Positions 9,790 to 19,816 of a DNA stretch of 52,326 bases are shown piece after piece. Origin of the DNA: an uncultured Planctomycetia bacterium (lineage in GTDB: Bacteria > Omnitrophota > Gorgyraeia > JABMRG01). Numbering within the stretch: the stretch's first letter is position 1; each line of letters starts with the position of its first letter. The notes below the pieces were generated by a model. The model saw only the letters and a program-made list of their open reading frames with translations. It was not told where the DNA came from and did no database searches. The position numbers were made by a program, and so were the translations under genes. Where the stretch lies: contig CAZGAS010000002.1 in assembly GCA_964523875.1 (NCBI GenBank), positions 20,432 to 72,757 on the forward strand, given 5' to 3'.

Positions 9790-10157
9790 GCCTGATAGAT
9801 AGATTAAAGTTCGCGGATGGCCTTATCCCCGCGATAACGCAGGATTACAAAACAGGTGAAGTTTTAATGGTCGCGTATATGAATAAAGAAGCGGTTAGAA
9901 AGACACTTAAAACACGAAAATGTAATTATTATAGCCGATCAAGGAAGAAGATGTGGGTTAAGGGAGAGTCTTCAGGCCATATACAGAAGGTAAAAGCTAT
10001 ATATGTTGATTGTGATATGGATTGCCTGCTTATAAAAATAGAGCAAATAGGAGGCGCTTGCCATACAGGGTATAAGAGTTGTTTTTATCGTGAGTTTAAA
10101 TCAGGTAGATTGGTACCAAAGGGGAAGAAGGTCTTTGACCCAAAAAAGGTTTACTGA
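9786..10157 (+). CDS. hisI: Phosphoribosyl-AMP cyclohydrolase (HisI only, no HisE domain)
   Basis: 123 aa. [17 protein letters not shown] and [13 protein letters not shown] motifs. ATGA overlap with hisF. Confidence 0.93.
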   Translation: MSLIDRLKFADGLIPAITQDYKTGEVLMVAYMNKEAVRKTLKTRKCNYYSRSRKKMWVKGESSGHIQKVKAIYVDCDMDCLLIKIEQIGGACHTGYKSCFYREFKSGRLVPKGKKVFDPKKVY

Positions 10158-11671
10158 TGTATTATCCAAAAATAGAAGAGTTTACCAGGTTAACGAAAAA
10201 AGGTAATGTTATACCTGTTTATACGGAGATATCCGCTGACCTGAATACACCTTTATCCGCGTTCCTAAAGATAGATGATAAGAAAAATTCTTTTCTTTTT
10301 GAATCTATGGAAGGTGGTGAAAAGATTGGCAGATACTCATTTTTAAGCAGTAACCCGTCAGTTGTGATTGAGGCCAAGGCCGGTTCTGTCAGGATAAGAG
10401 AGAGATCCGGGACATCTAAGACAAATACCGCGAATCCGCTTGACTATATCAACAAAATGATGAAGGGGTTTAAGTTTGTTAAGGTTAAGGGCTTGCCTAG
10501 ATTTTGTGGTGGCTTAGTAGGTTTTGTGGGTTATGATGTTATACGTTTTATAGAAAATATACCTGATGCGTGCAAGGATGATTTAGATCTGCCCGATTTG
10601 AGGCTTATGCTTGCGGACACACTACTTGTATTTGATCGGGTCAACCATACGATAAAGGTTGTATCTAACGCGCATATAAGCTCCGCCGCGAAATCTTCTA
10701 TTAAGCACGCGTATAAAGACGCGGTAAGAAAGATAGATAACTTAATCATAAAGCTTAAAAAACCGCTTAGAAGCAACCTGCCTCCCATTGAAAATACAGC
10801 AAGGCCGATAAGGTATAAATCTAATATCAAAAAAATGGATTTTGAAAAAAGCGTTTTAACGGCAAAAAAATATATCAAGGCTGGAGATGTTATACAGGTT
10901 GTCCTGTCGCAAAGGCTGGAGGCAGATTATACTAAGAACCCAATTGATATATACAGGGCACTACGCCGGGTAAATCCATCACCGTATATGTTTTATATTT
11001 CATTTAAGGATTTTAAGCTTGTTGGTTCTTCTCCCGAGATTATGGTGCGTGGTGAAAACACTGTCGCGGAGGTGCGCCCTATAGCAGGTACAAGGCCACG
11101 CGGCAAAGACGAAATAGCTGATAAGCTTTTAGAGAAAGAGTTACTCGCTGATCCAAAAGAGCGGGCAGAGCATCTTATGCTGGTTGACTTAGGCAGGAAT
11201 GATCTTGGCCGTGTATGTGTCCCCGGCAGTGTAAAGTTAAATGAGTTCATGGTTATTGAAAGGTACTCACATGTAATGCATATAGTTAGTGACTGTATAG
11301 GCAGGTTATTACCCGGTTCGAACGCGCTAAGCCTTTTAAAGGCATCATTTCCCGCTGGAACAGTATCTGGTGCCCCAAAGATCCGCGCGATGGAGATTAT
11401 AGATGAGCTTGAAACGACAAAGAGAGGTCCTTACGCAGGTTGTGTTGGGTATATCTCATTTTCCGGAAACCTGGATACATGTATTACTATACGTACGATA
11501 TTACTTAAAAACAACAAGGCCTATATCCAGACAGGCGCTGGTATTGTCGCGGATTCTATACCTGTTAAAGAGTATCAGGAGACTATAAATAAGGCAAAAG
11601 GCATGCTTAACGCTATATCTATTGCCAGGCAAACAGGTCTGCCTAAGAAGCAGGCAGGAAAGATGATATGA
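10157..11671 (+). CDS. trpE: Anthranilate synthase component I
   Basis: 504 aa. Chorismate-binding C-terminal blocks ([35 protein letters not shown]). Its ATG overlaps the hisI stop by 1 nt (TGATG). Confidence 0.96.
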   Translation: MYYPKIEEFTRLTKKGNVIPVYTEISADLNTPLSAFLKIDDKKNSFLFESMEGGEKIGRYSFLSSNPSVVIEAKAGSVRIRERSGTSKTNTANPLDYINKMMKGFKFVKVKGLPRFCGGLVGFVGYDVIRFIENIPDACKDDLDLPDLRLMLADTLLVFDRVNHTIKVVSNAHISSAAKSSIKHAYKDAVRKIDNLIIKLKKPLRSNLPPIENTARPIRYKSNIKKMDFEKSVLTAKKYIKAGDVIQVVLSQRLEADYTKNPIDIYRALRRVNPSPYMFYISFKDFKLVGSSPEIMVRGENTVAEVRPIAGTRPRGKDEIADKLLEKELLADPKERAEHLMLVDLGRNDLGRVCVPGSVKLNEFMVIERYSHVMHIVSDCIGRLLPGSNALSLLKASFPAGTVSGAPKIRAMEIIDELETTKRGPYAGCVGYISFSGNLDTCITIRTILLKNNKAYIQTGAGIVADSIPVKEYQETINKAKGMLNAISIARQTGLPKKQAGKMI

Positions 11672-12237
11672 TATTATTAATTGATAATTATGATTCCTTT
11701 ACATATAACCTAGTTCAGTATTTCGGTGAGCTGGGCGCGCGGATTAAGGTTTATAGAAATGATAAGATAACCCTGTTACAGATTAAGAAGCTTAAGCCCA
11801 AACATATAGTGATATCACCCGGGCCTGGCACGCCTGAAGATGCCGGCATATCGAAGGGTGTTATAAAAGAGTTTGCTGGTATTATACCTATACTTGGTGT
11901 CTGTTTGGGCCACCAGTGCATAGGTGAGGTCTTTGGAGGAAAGGTAATAGGCGCGAAGCGCTTAATGCATGGAAAGACATCCCTGATATACCACAATAAA
12001 ACAGGTATATTTAGTGGAATTAAGAATCCTTTTATTGCCACAAGGTATCATTCGCTGATTATCGAAAAGAAAAGTATCCCGGAATGTTTAGAGATTACTG
12101 CCAGGACAAAAGAGAATGAGATTATGGGAGTGAAACATAAGGACTATACGGTATGGGGGGTACAGTTTCATCCAGAGTCCATTCTGACAAAGGAAGGCAA
12201 AAAGCTGCTTAAGAACTTCATGAGGAATAAAAAATGA
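11668..12237 (+). CDS. trpG: Anthranilate synthase component II (glutamine amidotransferase)
   Basis: 189 aa. [21 protein letters not shown] and FHPES. Confidence 0.96.
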   Translation: MILLIDNYDSFTYNLVQYFGELGARIKVYRNDKITLLQIKKLKPKHIVISPGPGTPEDAGISKGVIKEFAGIIPILGVCLGHQCIGEVFGGKVIGAKRLMHGKTSLIYHNKTGIFSGIKNPFIATRYHSLIIEKKSIPECLEITARTKENEIMGVKHKDYTVWGVQFHPESILTKEGKKLLKNFMRNKK

Positions 12238-13376
12238 TAAAAGAGGCAATTGGAAAAGTAGTAGAGCATAAGGCCCTGACTGCTGTTGAGATGGATGCCG
12301 CATTCTCTGAAATTATGAGTGGAATAGCCGCCCCTTCACAAATAGCCGCGTTTATTACCGGCCTGCGTATGAAGGGCGAGACAGTTACAGAGATTACAGC
12401 TGCTGCTACGGTTATGAGGAGATTTGCCCGTACAATTGATATACAAGGCGGCCTTGATATTGACCGTAGCGATATTAATATAGAGAGAGAGGTAATACTC
12501 GATACCTGTGGTACAGGGGGAAGCGGCACGAATACATTTAATATTTCAACTACAGTCGCGTTTGTTGTCGCTGGCTGTGGTATTAAGATCGCGAAGCATG
12601 GTAATCGCTCTGTATCCAGCGCTTGCGGGTCAGCAGATGTCCTGGAGGCATTGGGAATCAATCTTGATATTGCACCTTCCAGGGTTGAAGAGTGTATAAA
12701 GCGTATTGGCATAGGTTTTATGTATGCCCCGTTATTTCACAAGGCCATGAAGCATGCAGCTGGCGTAAGGAAGGCGATAGGCATAAGAACTATATTTAAT
12801 ATATTAGGGCCTCTCTCAAATCCCGCTAACGCAACCTGTCAGGTTTTAGGAGTCTATAGCAGAGAGCTTACAGAGGTTATGGCAAAAGTGCTTTGCAAGC
12901 TTGGCCTGAAAAAAGCATTTGTTGTATATGGCCTGGACACGCTAGATGAGATATCGGTTACAGGGCCTACGCAGATATCTGAACTAAAGGGAAACAAGGT
13001 TAAGACCTATCAGGTAAGGCCTGAACAATTCGGTTTTAAAAGAATGCCTTTAAAGAGTATCGCGGGCGGGGATGCTGCTAAGAACTCTAGAATAGTCCTC
13101 TCCGTGCTAAAAGGCGCTAAAGGTGCCAAGCGGGATGTAGTATTAATAAACGCTGCATATGGGCTTATCGCGGCGGGAAAAGCAGTCAATGTTAAAGAGG
13201 CTCTCAAGATGGCAGAATATTCTATTGATTCAGGTATGGCACTTAATAAGCTTAATCAGCTTCAGGCCTTTACCCGTTTATCAGCAGGCCGCGCTCGTAA
13301 GGGCACATTAAACAGCATAAGTCGACAGGGTCCTGCCCGCCCTCGGCCATTGAAGAGGAAGATGCCGCGGCTCTAA
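12234..13376 (+). CDS. trpD: Anthranilate phosphoribosyltransferase with an atypical ~34-aa basic C-terminal tail
   Basis: 380 aa. [23 protein letters not shown] and the remaining TrpD blocks are present. The family-like sequence ends near ...LNQLQAF. The remaining tail (13272-13373) is encoded by a locally GC-rich stretch. Confidence 0.9.
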   Translation: MIKEAIGKVVEHKALTAVEMDAAFSEIMSGIAAPSQIAAFITGLRMKGETVTEITAAATVMRRFARTIDIQGGLDIDRSDINIEREVILDTCGTGGSGTNTFNISTTVAFVVAGCGIKIAKHGNRSVSSACGSADVLEALGINLDIAPSRVEECIKRIGIGFMYAPLFHKAMKHAAGVRKAIGIRTIFNILGPLSNPANATCQVLGVYSRELTEVMAKVLCKLGLKKAFVVYGLDTLDEISVTGPTQISELKGNKVKTYQVRPEQFGFKRMPLKSIAGGDAAKNSRIVLSVLKGAKGAKRDVVLINAAYGLIAAGKAVNVKEALKMAEYSIDSGMALNKLNQLQAFTRLSAGRARKGTLNSISRQGPARPRPLKRKMPRL

Positions 13377-13398
13377 ACCAATGAGGCTTTAAAAAGAG

Positions 13399-14178
13399 AT
13401 GATACTCTCAGATATTATTGAGGCAAAAAGAGCGCATATTGAGCAATCAAAAAAGGTAATGTCGCTTGAATATATTAAGCACTGCCTTTCTAAGAAGAAT
13501 ATCCTTAGGCGTAATTTTAAGCAGGCGATAAGCCAATCACATGATATCAATATCATCGCTGAGATAAAGCGCGCGTCACCGACGAGAGGTGTTATAAGGC
13601 AGGAGTTTGACCCTAAAAATATTGCCAGAGAGTACCAAATAAATGGTGCGGCGGCTATCTCAGTATTAACAGAGGAAAATTTCTTTAAGGGTAGTCTCAG
13701 CTATATAAAAGAGATAAAAAAGGTTACAAATTTACCGGTTTTAAGGAAAGACTTTATTATAGAGGAATACCAGGTCTATGAATCCGCTTTGGCTGAGGCT
13801 GATGCTATTTTACTGATCACTCATATACTTTCAAAAGAAGAGATAATCAAACTTTCCGGACTTGCTAAATCATTAAACATGGCGGTTTTGTGTGAAGCGC
13901 ACAGCAAGGAAGAGCTGGAAAAGGCGATAAGCGCGAGGCAGGATATAATAGGTATAAATAACAGAGATCTTAATACATTCAAGCTTAGCATAAGTACCAC
14001 TGAAAATCTTATAGGTATAGTGCCTAGCGGTAAGATTATTGTCAGTGAAAGTGGCATACGCACTCGTTCAGACATACTTTTTTTAAAGAGTATTGGCGCG
14101 AGCGCTGTATTGATCGGCGAGGTCTTTATGGATGCTGAGGATATTGGTAAAAAGGTACGCGAATTTACCGGGAAATGA
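13399..14178 (+). CDS. trpC: Indole-3-glycerol phosphate synthase
   Basis: 259 aa. IIAEIKRASPTRG, LRKDFII and INNRDL motifs. Confidence 0.95.
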   Translation: MILSDIIEAKRAHIEQSKKVMSLEYIKHCLSKKNILRRNFKQAISQSHDINIIAEIKRASPTRGVIRQEFDPKNIAREYQINGAAAISVLTEENFFKGSLSYIKEIKKVTNLPVLRKDFIIEEYQVYESALAEADAILLITHILSKEEIIKLSGLAKSLNMAVLCEAHSKEELEKAISARQDIIGINNRDLNTFKLSISTTENLIGIVPSGKIIVSESGIRTRSDILFLKSIGASAVLIGEVFMDAEDIGKKVREFTGK

Positions 14179-14179
14179 T

Positions 14180-14800
14180 ATGGCAAAGGTGAAGATATGT
14201 GGCATTACAAGCTTGAAGGACGCGCTTGCTGCGCAAGATTCCGGAGCTGATTTTTTAGGTTTTGTCTTTGCTGATAGCCCTAGGAAGGTAGCGCCTGAGA
14301 AGGCCGGAGAGATTATTGCTAAATTATCCCCATCTGTAAAGATAGTCGCGCTATTTGTAAATGAGATAAAAGATAAGGTTTTTGAAGCTGTGCAAAAAAT
14401 GGGGAGGGTAGACCTTTTACAATTTCACGGAGATGAGACCTCCAAATATTGTCAATGCTTTACAGAGCAAGAGATTATAAAGGTTTTCCGGATCCGCAAC
14501 GAGGCATCTATCGCGCCTATCAGGTCTTTTGATGGTATAGATTTTGTCTTGCTTGATACTTTTGAGCCCGGCCGGTATGGCGGCACAGGTAAGAGGCTTG
14601 ATTTATCTCTTGTAACCGGATTAACCCAGCTTGGTAAACCTATATTCTTGTCAGGCGGCCTAAACCCCGATAATGTAAAGGATGCCGTGGAGAAGATAAG
14701 GCCGTTCTGTGTGGATGTTTCAAGCGGCGTAGAGAAAGAGCCGGGAAAGAAAGACCCAAAATTAGTCGCGAGATTTATTCAGAATGCTAAATCAAGTTAA
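14180..14800 (+). CDS. trpF: Phosphoribosylanthranilate isomerase
   Basis: MAKVKICGIT start at 14180, 1 nt after the trpC stop. The track ORF from 14132 is an upstream extension that overlaps trpC. Confidence 0.9.
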   Translation: MAKVKICGITSLKDALAAQDSGADFLGFVFADSPRKVAPEKAGEIIAKLSPSVKIVALFVNEIKDKVFEAVQKMGRVDLLQFHGDETSKYCQCFTEQEIIKVFRIRNEASIAPIRSFDGIDFVLLDTFEPGRYGGTGKRLDLSLVTGLTQLGKPIFLSGGLNPDNVKDAVEKIRPFCVDVSSGVEKEPGKKDPKLVARFIQNAKSS

Positions 14801-14832
14801 TCCGGTTTAAAAGAGATGATTTCGAAGGAAAG

Positions 14833-16062
14833 ATGATGAAACCTGTTTTTCAATTAATTGACAAAAGTAGGCATAAACTCATATGGCTTACAACGCGGCT
14901 TATCTCTATTCCTACAATCAATCCCCCGGGTGATAATTACGAGAAGATAGTTTTATTGCTCGAAAAATACTGTAAACGGCTTGCCCTGGATACAAGACGT
15001 GTAATAACGCCGAAGAGCGAACTTAAAAAATACAATATAAACACAGGTTCTGAGAGGATAAGCCTGATAGCTAATTGGGATCTTAGAGCTAAAAAAACCC
15101 TGCACATAAATGGCCATTATGATGTTGTTCCCACAACGTCAAGTTGGAAGACCGATCCATTCAGGCCTGTTCTGAAACAGGGGAAGCTTTATGGGCGCGG
15201 TACAGAAGACATGAAGGCCAATATAGCCGTTACCCTCATCGCGATAGAGGCGCTTAAAGCCAATAGCATTAAGCCGAAATGCAATATTGAACTCTCTTTT
15301 ACCCCTGATGAGGAGACAGGCGGGAGGACAGGTTTCGGCTATCTTGTGAAAAAGAATATTATAAGGCCTGATTACGCTATAAGTGAAGGCCATTGTAATG
15401 ATTATATATCATATGGGAATAAAGGGATTGCCTGGTTTCAGATAGAGGTCAAGGGGAGGTCTTGTCATGGAAGTGAGCCCTATAAAGGGGTAAATGCTTT
15501 TGAAAAGATGCTCTATGTAGCGAACGCGTTTTTATCCCTTAAAAAAAGAATACACAAGAGAAAAACACTCTTTTACACCAAGTCTGAAAAGAACCGCTTT
15601 TCAACCATAATGATGGGCGGAGAGGTCTGGGGCGGACATAAAACGAATATTGTTCCTGACAGGACATGCTTTACAATAGACCGTAGATTTTTGCCGGAAG
15701 AGAATATAAAGGGTGTCAAAAAAGAGATATCCGATCTTATTAAAGAGATAAAAAAGAAAGACAAAGACCTCGATATAGCGGTGCATCTTATAAGTGAAGA
15801 AGACTCTGTTGTCTCGGATGAGAATAATAACTTATTTAAACAGTTTAAGACCTCGGTAAGGAGTGTCTTAAAAAAGACCCCAAAATGCGCCCTCTTATCA
15901 GGGGCTACAGATATAAGGTTTTTGATAAGAAAAGGTATCCCCAGTTTGGGGTATTCAGTGGATGGGGGAGGCTCGGCCCACTCTGATAATGAATTCATTT
16001 ACACAAAGAGCTTGATTAATACAACAAAGATATTCGCGGATGTTATTGGTAACTTAAGATAA
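14833..16062 (+). CDS. M20A-family metallopeptidase/deacylase (ArgE/DapE-like)
   Basis: 409 aa. HINGHYDVVP, GRGTEDMKANIA and DEETGG metal-ligand motifs. It sits between trpF and trpB. Confidence 0.8.
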   Translation: MMKPVFQLIDKSRHKLIWLTTRLISIPTINPPGDNYEKIVLLLEKYCKRLALDTRRVITPKSELKKYNINTGSERISLIANWDLRAKKTLHINGHYDVVPTTSSWKTDPFRPVLKQGKLYGRGTEDMKANIAVTLIAIEALKANSIKPKCNIELSFTPDEETGGRTGFGYLVKKNIIRPDYAISEGHCNDYISYGNKGIAWFQIEVKGRSCHGSEPYKGVNAFEKMLYVANAFLSLKKRIHKRKTLFYTKSEKNRFSTIMMGGEVWGGHKTNIVPDRTCFTIDRRFLPEENIKGVKKEISDLIKEIKKKDKDLDIAVHLISEEDSVVSDENNNLFKQFKTSVRSVLKKTPKCALLSGATDIRFLIRKGIPSLGYSVDGGGSAHSDNEFIYTKSLINTTKIFADVIGNLR

Positions 16063-16074
16063 AGGAAAAAAATA

Positions 16075-17241
16075 ATGAGACCTGATAAGAGAGGATATTT
16101 TGGGATCTTTGGCGGGAAATATGTACCAGAGACACTAATGGCAGCACTTGATGAGCTCGAAATAGAGTATAAGAAGTCCAGGAATAATAAGGGTTTCAAA
16201 AGAAAGCTTGATTATTATCTCAAACAGTATGCCGGAAGGCCCACGCCTCTCTATTTCGCGAAAAATTTAACCAAGCTTTTAGGCGGCGGTAGGATATATT
16301 TAAAGAGAGAGGACCTTTGCCACACTGGTGCGCATAAGATAAATAATACCTTAGGACAGGCGCTCCTAGCGTTAAAGATGAAGAAGCCGCGCATTATAGC
16401 GGAGACAGGCGCGGGCCAGCATGGTGTAGCGACAGCTACGGTCGGCGCGTTATTCGGGTTGGAATGTGATGTTTATATGGGCGAGGAGGATATAGAGCGC
16501 CAATCGCTCAATGTCTTCAGGATGAAACTTTTAGGAGCGCGTGTAATACCTGTCTCAACCGGTTCGAGAACATTAAAGGACGCTACAAACGAGGCATTAA
16601 GGGACTGGGTTACAAATGTTCGCACTACCCATTATATTATCGGTTCTGTTGTTGGCCCCCATCCTTACCCTGTTATGGTGCGTGATTTTCAGACTGTTAT
16701 TGGTAAAGAGGCTCAGGCCCAGCTCAAAGCTATTAAAGAGAAAGAGCCTGATTATCTCGTTGCTTGTGTCGGAGGTGGCTCAAATTCAATAGGCCTGTTT
16801 CACCCATACTTTAAATCAAGGTCTAAATTTATCGGTGTTGAAGCCGCGGGTTTTGGCGTAAGAACAGGCAAGCATGCCGCAACGTTGCTGGTGGGCAAGG
16901 TTGGTGTATTACACGGTTCGAAAAGCTACCTTTTGCAGGATAAAGATGGACAAGTTAAGATAGCCCATTCTATATCTGCGGGGTTAGATTATCCTGGTGT
17001 TGGCCCTGAGCACTCATTCTATAAGGATGATAAGCGAGCCAGATATGTGGCAGTAACAGATAAAGAGGCATTGTCTGCTATGCGATTGCTATCAGAGACT
17101 GAAGGCATTATTCCAGCGCTTGAGAGTGCTCATGCTATCGCGTATCTTAAAAAACTTAAGACAAGAAAAAATCAGGTAATTCTTCTTTGTTTGTCAGGCA
17201 GGGGTGACAAGGATATTGATATGATAAAGGATGTAATATAA
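16075..17241 (+). CDS. trpB: Tryptophan synthase beta chain
   Basis: 388 aa. PLP-lysine motif HTGAHKINN, plus GAGQHG and GGGSNSIG. Confidence 0.98.
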   Translation: MRPDKRGYFGIFGGKYVPETLMAALDELEIEYKKSRNNKGFKRKLDYYLKQYAGRPTPLYFAKNLTKLLGGGRIYLKREDLCHTGAHKINNTLGQALLALKMKKPRIIAETGAGQHGVATATVGALFGLECDVYMGEEDIERQSLNVFRMKLLGARVIPVSTGSRTLKDATNEALRDWVTNVRTTHYIIGSVVGPHPYPVMVRDFQTVIGKEAQAQLKAIKEKEPDYLVACVGGGSNSIGLFHPYFKSRSKFIGVEAAGFGVRTGKHAATLLVGKVGVLHGSKSYLLQDKDGQVKIAHSISAGLDYPGVGPEHSFYKDDKRARYVAVTDKEALSAMRLLSETEGIIPALESAHAIAYLKKLKTRKNQVILLCLSGRGDKDIDMIKDVI

Positions 17242-17324
17242 TGTAGGTGCTTCGGCCGCGCAACTAATTCCGGTATTTGATTTTAGGTTTTTGGTTGTCG
17301 CCAAACTTGGAGGATCTCAAGAGA

Positions 17325-18122
17325 GTGAATAGGATAGATAAGAGATTTAATGATATAAGCAGGCAGAAGAGAAAGGCTTTTATAGCGTATATCTGCGCTG
17401 GGGATCCTGATATACCTACTACAGAGAAACTCGTATTAGAGCTTGATCAGGTAGGGGTGGATATTCTCGAGCTTGGTATCCCCTTTTCAGACCCTTTAGC
17501 AGATGGCCCTACAATACAAAAAGCATCTCAACGCGCGCTTAAGAAGGGGATTAATATGGATAAGATTTTTTCCCTTATACGTTCATTGCGAAAAAAGACA
17601 GGTATTCCCATAGTTCTTATGGGTTATTATAATCCTGTATACAGTTACGGTATAGCGCGTTTCATTAAAGAGGCAACGAGATCGGGCGCGGATGGTATAA
17701 TTGTTCCTGACCTTATTCCTGAGGAGGCTGATGAGCTAATCTTTGTCGCCAGGCAATACGATTTTAAAACCATATTTCTAGTAGCGCCAACAAGCACCAG
17801 AAAAAGAATAAAACTAATAGCAGAGAAATCAACAGGTTTTATATATTATGTATCACTAGCAGGTGTAACCGGTGCCCGAGCGGTGTTACCGACGCGTATA
17901 AGAGATCACATAAAGGAGATTAAGGCCTTAAGCAGGAAACCTGTTTGTGTTGGATTTGGTGTTTCAACAACAAGGCAGGTTAAGAGTTTAAGCGCCTATT
18001 GTGATGGTGTGATAGTAGGCAGTGCTATCATAAACAAAATAGAGAATAGCCTGCCTGATAAGCCCAAGGCCATAAGAGAGGCCGCGCGCTTTGTAAAAGG
18101 TATAGCTCGGGGAGTTAGATAA
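17325..18122 (+). CDS. trpA: Tryptophan synthase alpha chain (GTG start preferred)
   Basis: ELGIPFSDPLADGPTIQ motif. GTG at 17325 lies 10 nt after GGAGGA (17309-17314). The track start at 17277 is a TTG extension with no SD. Confidence 0.9.
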   Translation: MNRIDKRFNDISRQKRKAFIAYICAGDPDIPTTEKLVLELDQVGVDILELGIPFSDPLADGPTIQKASQRALKKGINMDKIFSLIRSLRKKTGIPIVLMGYYNPVYSYGIARFIKEATRSGADGIIVPDLIPEEADELIFVARQYDFKTIFLVAPTSTRKRIKLIAEKSTGFIYYVSLAGVTGARAVLPTRIRDHIKEIKALSRKPVCVGFGVSTTRQVKSLSAYCDGVIVGSAIINKIENSLPDKPKAIREAARFVKGIARGVR

Positions 18123-19225
18123 TGTTGCATGGAATAATAATCGCGGGTGGTGCGGGTAAAAGGCTTTGGCCTAAGTCGAGAAAGTCTATGCCAAAGTTCT
18201 TTTTAAAGATTAATGGTCAAAAGACCCTGCTTGAGCAGTCGATAGACAGGGTAAAAGCGGTCATGCCTTTAGATAATATTTTAATTATCACGAACAAGGC
18301 ACATCTTGAGCCTATTAGAAAGGCTCTACCGTGGTTTCCCCGGAAGAATATTATCGCGGAGCCTGTTTCAAGAAATACCGCCCCCGCGATCTCGTTAGCG
18401 GTAGCTTTTGTCAGTAAGAAGGACCCTGATGGAGTGATAATTGTTATTCCCGCTGACCAGATAATAAATGATATGCCCGCCGTTAAAGAGATTTTTAAGC
18501 TCTCATCTCAGGTGGCTCGTATTAAAGATTCTATTATTACTATTGGCATAAAGCCAAGTTCACCCGCAACGGGTTATGGTTATATAAAAACCAGCAGGCT
18601 ATATAGGAAGTTAACAGGCAAGAAGACACACTTTGGTATGTATTATGTGGATAAATTTACAGAGAAGCCATCTTCTCAAAGAGCAAAGGCTTTTATAAAA
18701 TCTAAAAGGTACTTGTGGAATAGCGGTATCTTTATTGGAAAGGCGAAAGTCTTTTTAGAGGAATTTAAATGTCATAGTCCCGCTGTTTACAGTGTCCTCT
18801 CCAGGATGGAAAAATATCTGGGAACAGATAGGCAGCAAGCCATGATAAATCGCCAGTATAAAAATTTTCCTGATATATCAATAGATTACGCGATTATGGA
18901 AAAGACGAAAAAAGGCTTGGTAGTAAAATCAAATATTCATTGGGATGATATCGGTACATGGAACGGGTTTAAAAAATATTTAGAGCGGGATAACGACAAT
19001 AACAGCATAGACTCGAAACATATTGGTATCAATACGCGGAACTCGGTTATTATTGGCGAAAGATCTCACTTGGTCGCTACAATTGGTGTGGATAATATGA
19101 TAATCGTGCAGACACCTGATGCTACGCTTATATGTTCCAGAGAATACGCTGAAGATGTCAAGGATCTGGTTGAATTGGCGGAAAAGAAACTTTTAAAGGA
19201 TAAAGACAAGTGGCCCGTATTTTAG
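18122..19225 (+). CDS. manC: Mannose-1-phosphate guanylyltransferase-like nucleotidyltransferase
   Basis: 367 aa. N-terminal IIAGGAGKRLWPKSR sugar-nucleotidyltransferase motif. TAATG overlap with trpA. Confidence 0.75.
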   Translation: MLHGIIIAGGAGKRLWPKSRKSMPKFFLKINGQKTLLEQSIDRVKAVMPLDNILIITNKAHLEPIRKALPWFPRKNIIAEPVSRNTAPAISLAVAFVSKKDPDGVIIVIPADQIINDMPAVKEIFKLSSQVARIKDSIITIGIKPSSPATGYGYIKTSRLYRKLTGKKTHFGMYYVDKFTEKPSSQRAKAFIKSKRYLWNSGIFIGKAKVFLEEFKCHSPAVYSVLSRMEKYLGTDRQQAMINRQYKNFPDISIDYAIMEKTKKGLVVKSNIHWDDIGTWNGFKKYLERDNDNNSIDSKHIGINTRNSVIIGERSHLVATIGVDNMIIVQTPDATLICSREYAEDVKDLVELAEKKLLKDKDKWPVF

Positions 19226-19632
19226 GACTGGATTTAGGTACTAAAAGAATAGGCGTAGCTGTAAGCGATGAATCTCAGGTTATAAGCTTTACCGCGGAGA
19301 CCATGAACGTAACAAATATCAAGGCCTCTTTAAGCCATATAACAGGCCTTATTAAACATTACAACGCGGATAAAGTGGTTATTGGGTTGCCGTTGAATAT
19401 GAATGGCACAAAAGGCCCGCAGGCAGAGAAGGCGCTAGATTTCGCAAAACGATTACAACACAGAGTCAGCGCTGAGGTCTTAACATTTGACGAGCGGCTG
19501 ACTACAAGCCAAGGCGAGCAGATATTAATCTCCGCTGATATGAGTAGAGAAAAAAGAAAGAAACACATAGATAAGTTGGCGGCGCAGATAATGCTGCAGG
19601 CATATCTGGATTGCAGTAAGAATAAAGTATAA
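19210..19632 (+). CDS. ruvX: Putative pre-16S rRNA nuclease / Holliday-junction-resolvase-like YqgF
   Basis: 140 aa. ILGLDLGTKRIGVAVSD N-terminus, GTG start, overlaps the manC-like gene by 16 nt. Confidence 0.88.
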   Translation: MARILGLDLGTKRIGVAVSDESQVISFTAETMNVTNIKASLSHITGLIKHYNADKVVIGLPLNMNGTKGPQAEKALDFAKRLQHRVSAEVLTFDERLTTSQGEQILISADMSREKRKKHIDKLAAQIMLQAYLDCSKNKV

Positions 19633-19638
19633 GTGTTG

Positions 19639-19789
19639 GAAACAGTTTCTTAAATGCTTCAGAGTTATTTTAGCAGCATTTAAGGAACCTTCTTGTATGA
19701 AAATTTTATGAGCGGTTTCTCAAATATGATAGAACCGTATTAGCCATATTTAAGGAACCTTCTTGTATGAAAATTTTATGAGCGGTTTC
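19639..19789 (+). repeat. Dispersed intergenic element: one full ~81-nt copy (19639-19719) plus a 5'-truncated tandem copy (to 19789)
   Basis: A 42-nt exact duplicate (atttaaggaaccttcttgtatgaaaattttatgagcggtttc) occurs at 19678-19719 and 19748-19789. The full copy has a 10-bp stem, CTTAAATGCT (19649-58) with AGCATTTAAG (19675-84). By eye it is about 85 percent identical to 48657-48741. Confidence 0.9.
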
Positions 19790-19816
19790 AATACTTTAAA
19801 ATAAGGAGCTAAAACA

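Noticed and set aside
13386-14822. The shared string TTTAAAAGAGATGAT occurs upstream of trpC (about 13387-13402) and of the M20 gene (about 14807-14821).
   Set aside because: It is short and AT-rich, and it overlaps the ribosome-binding and start context. It is probably convergent translation-initiation sequence rather than a repeat element.
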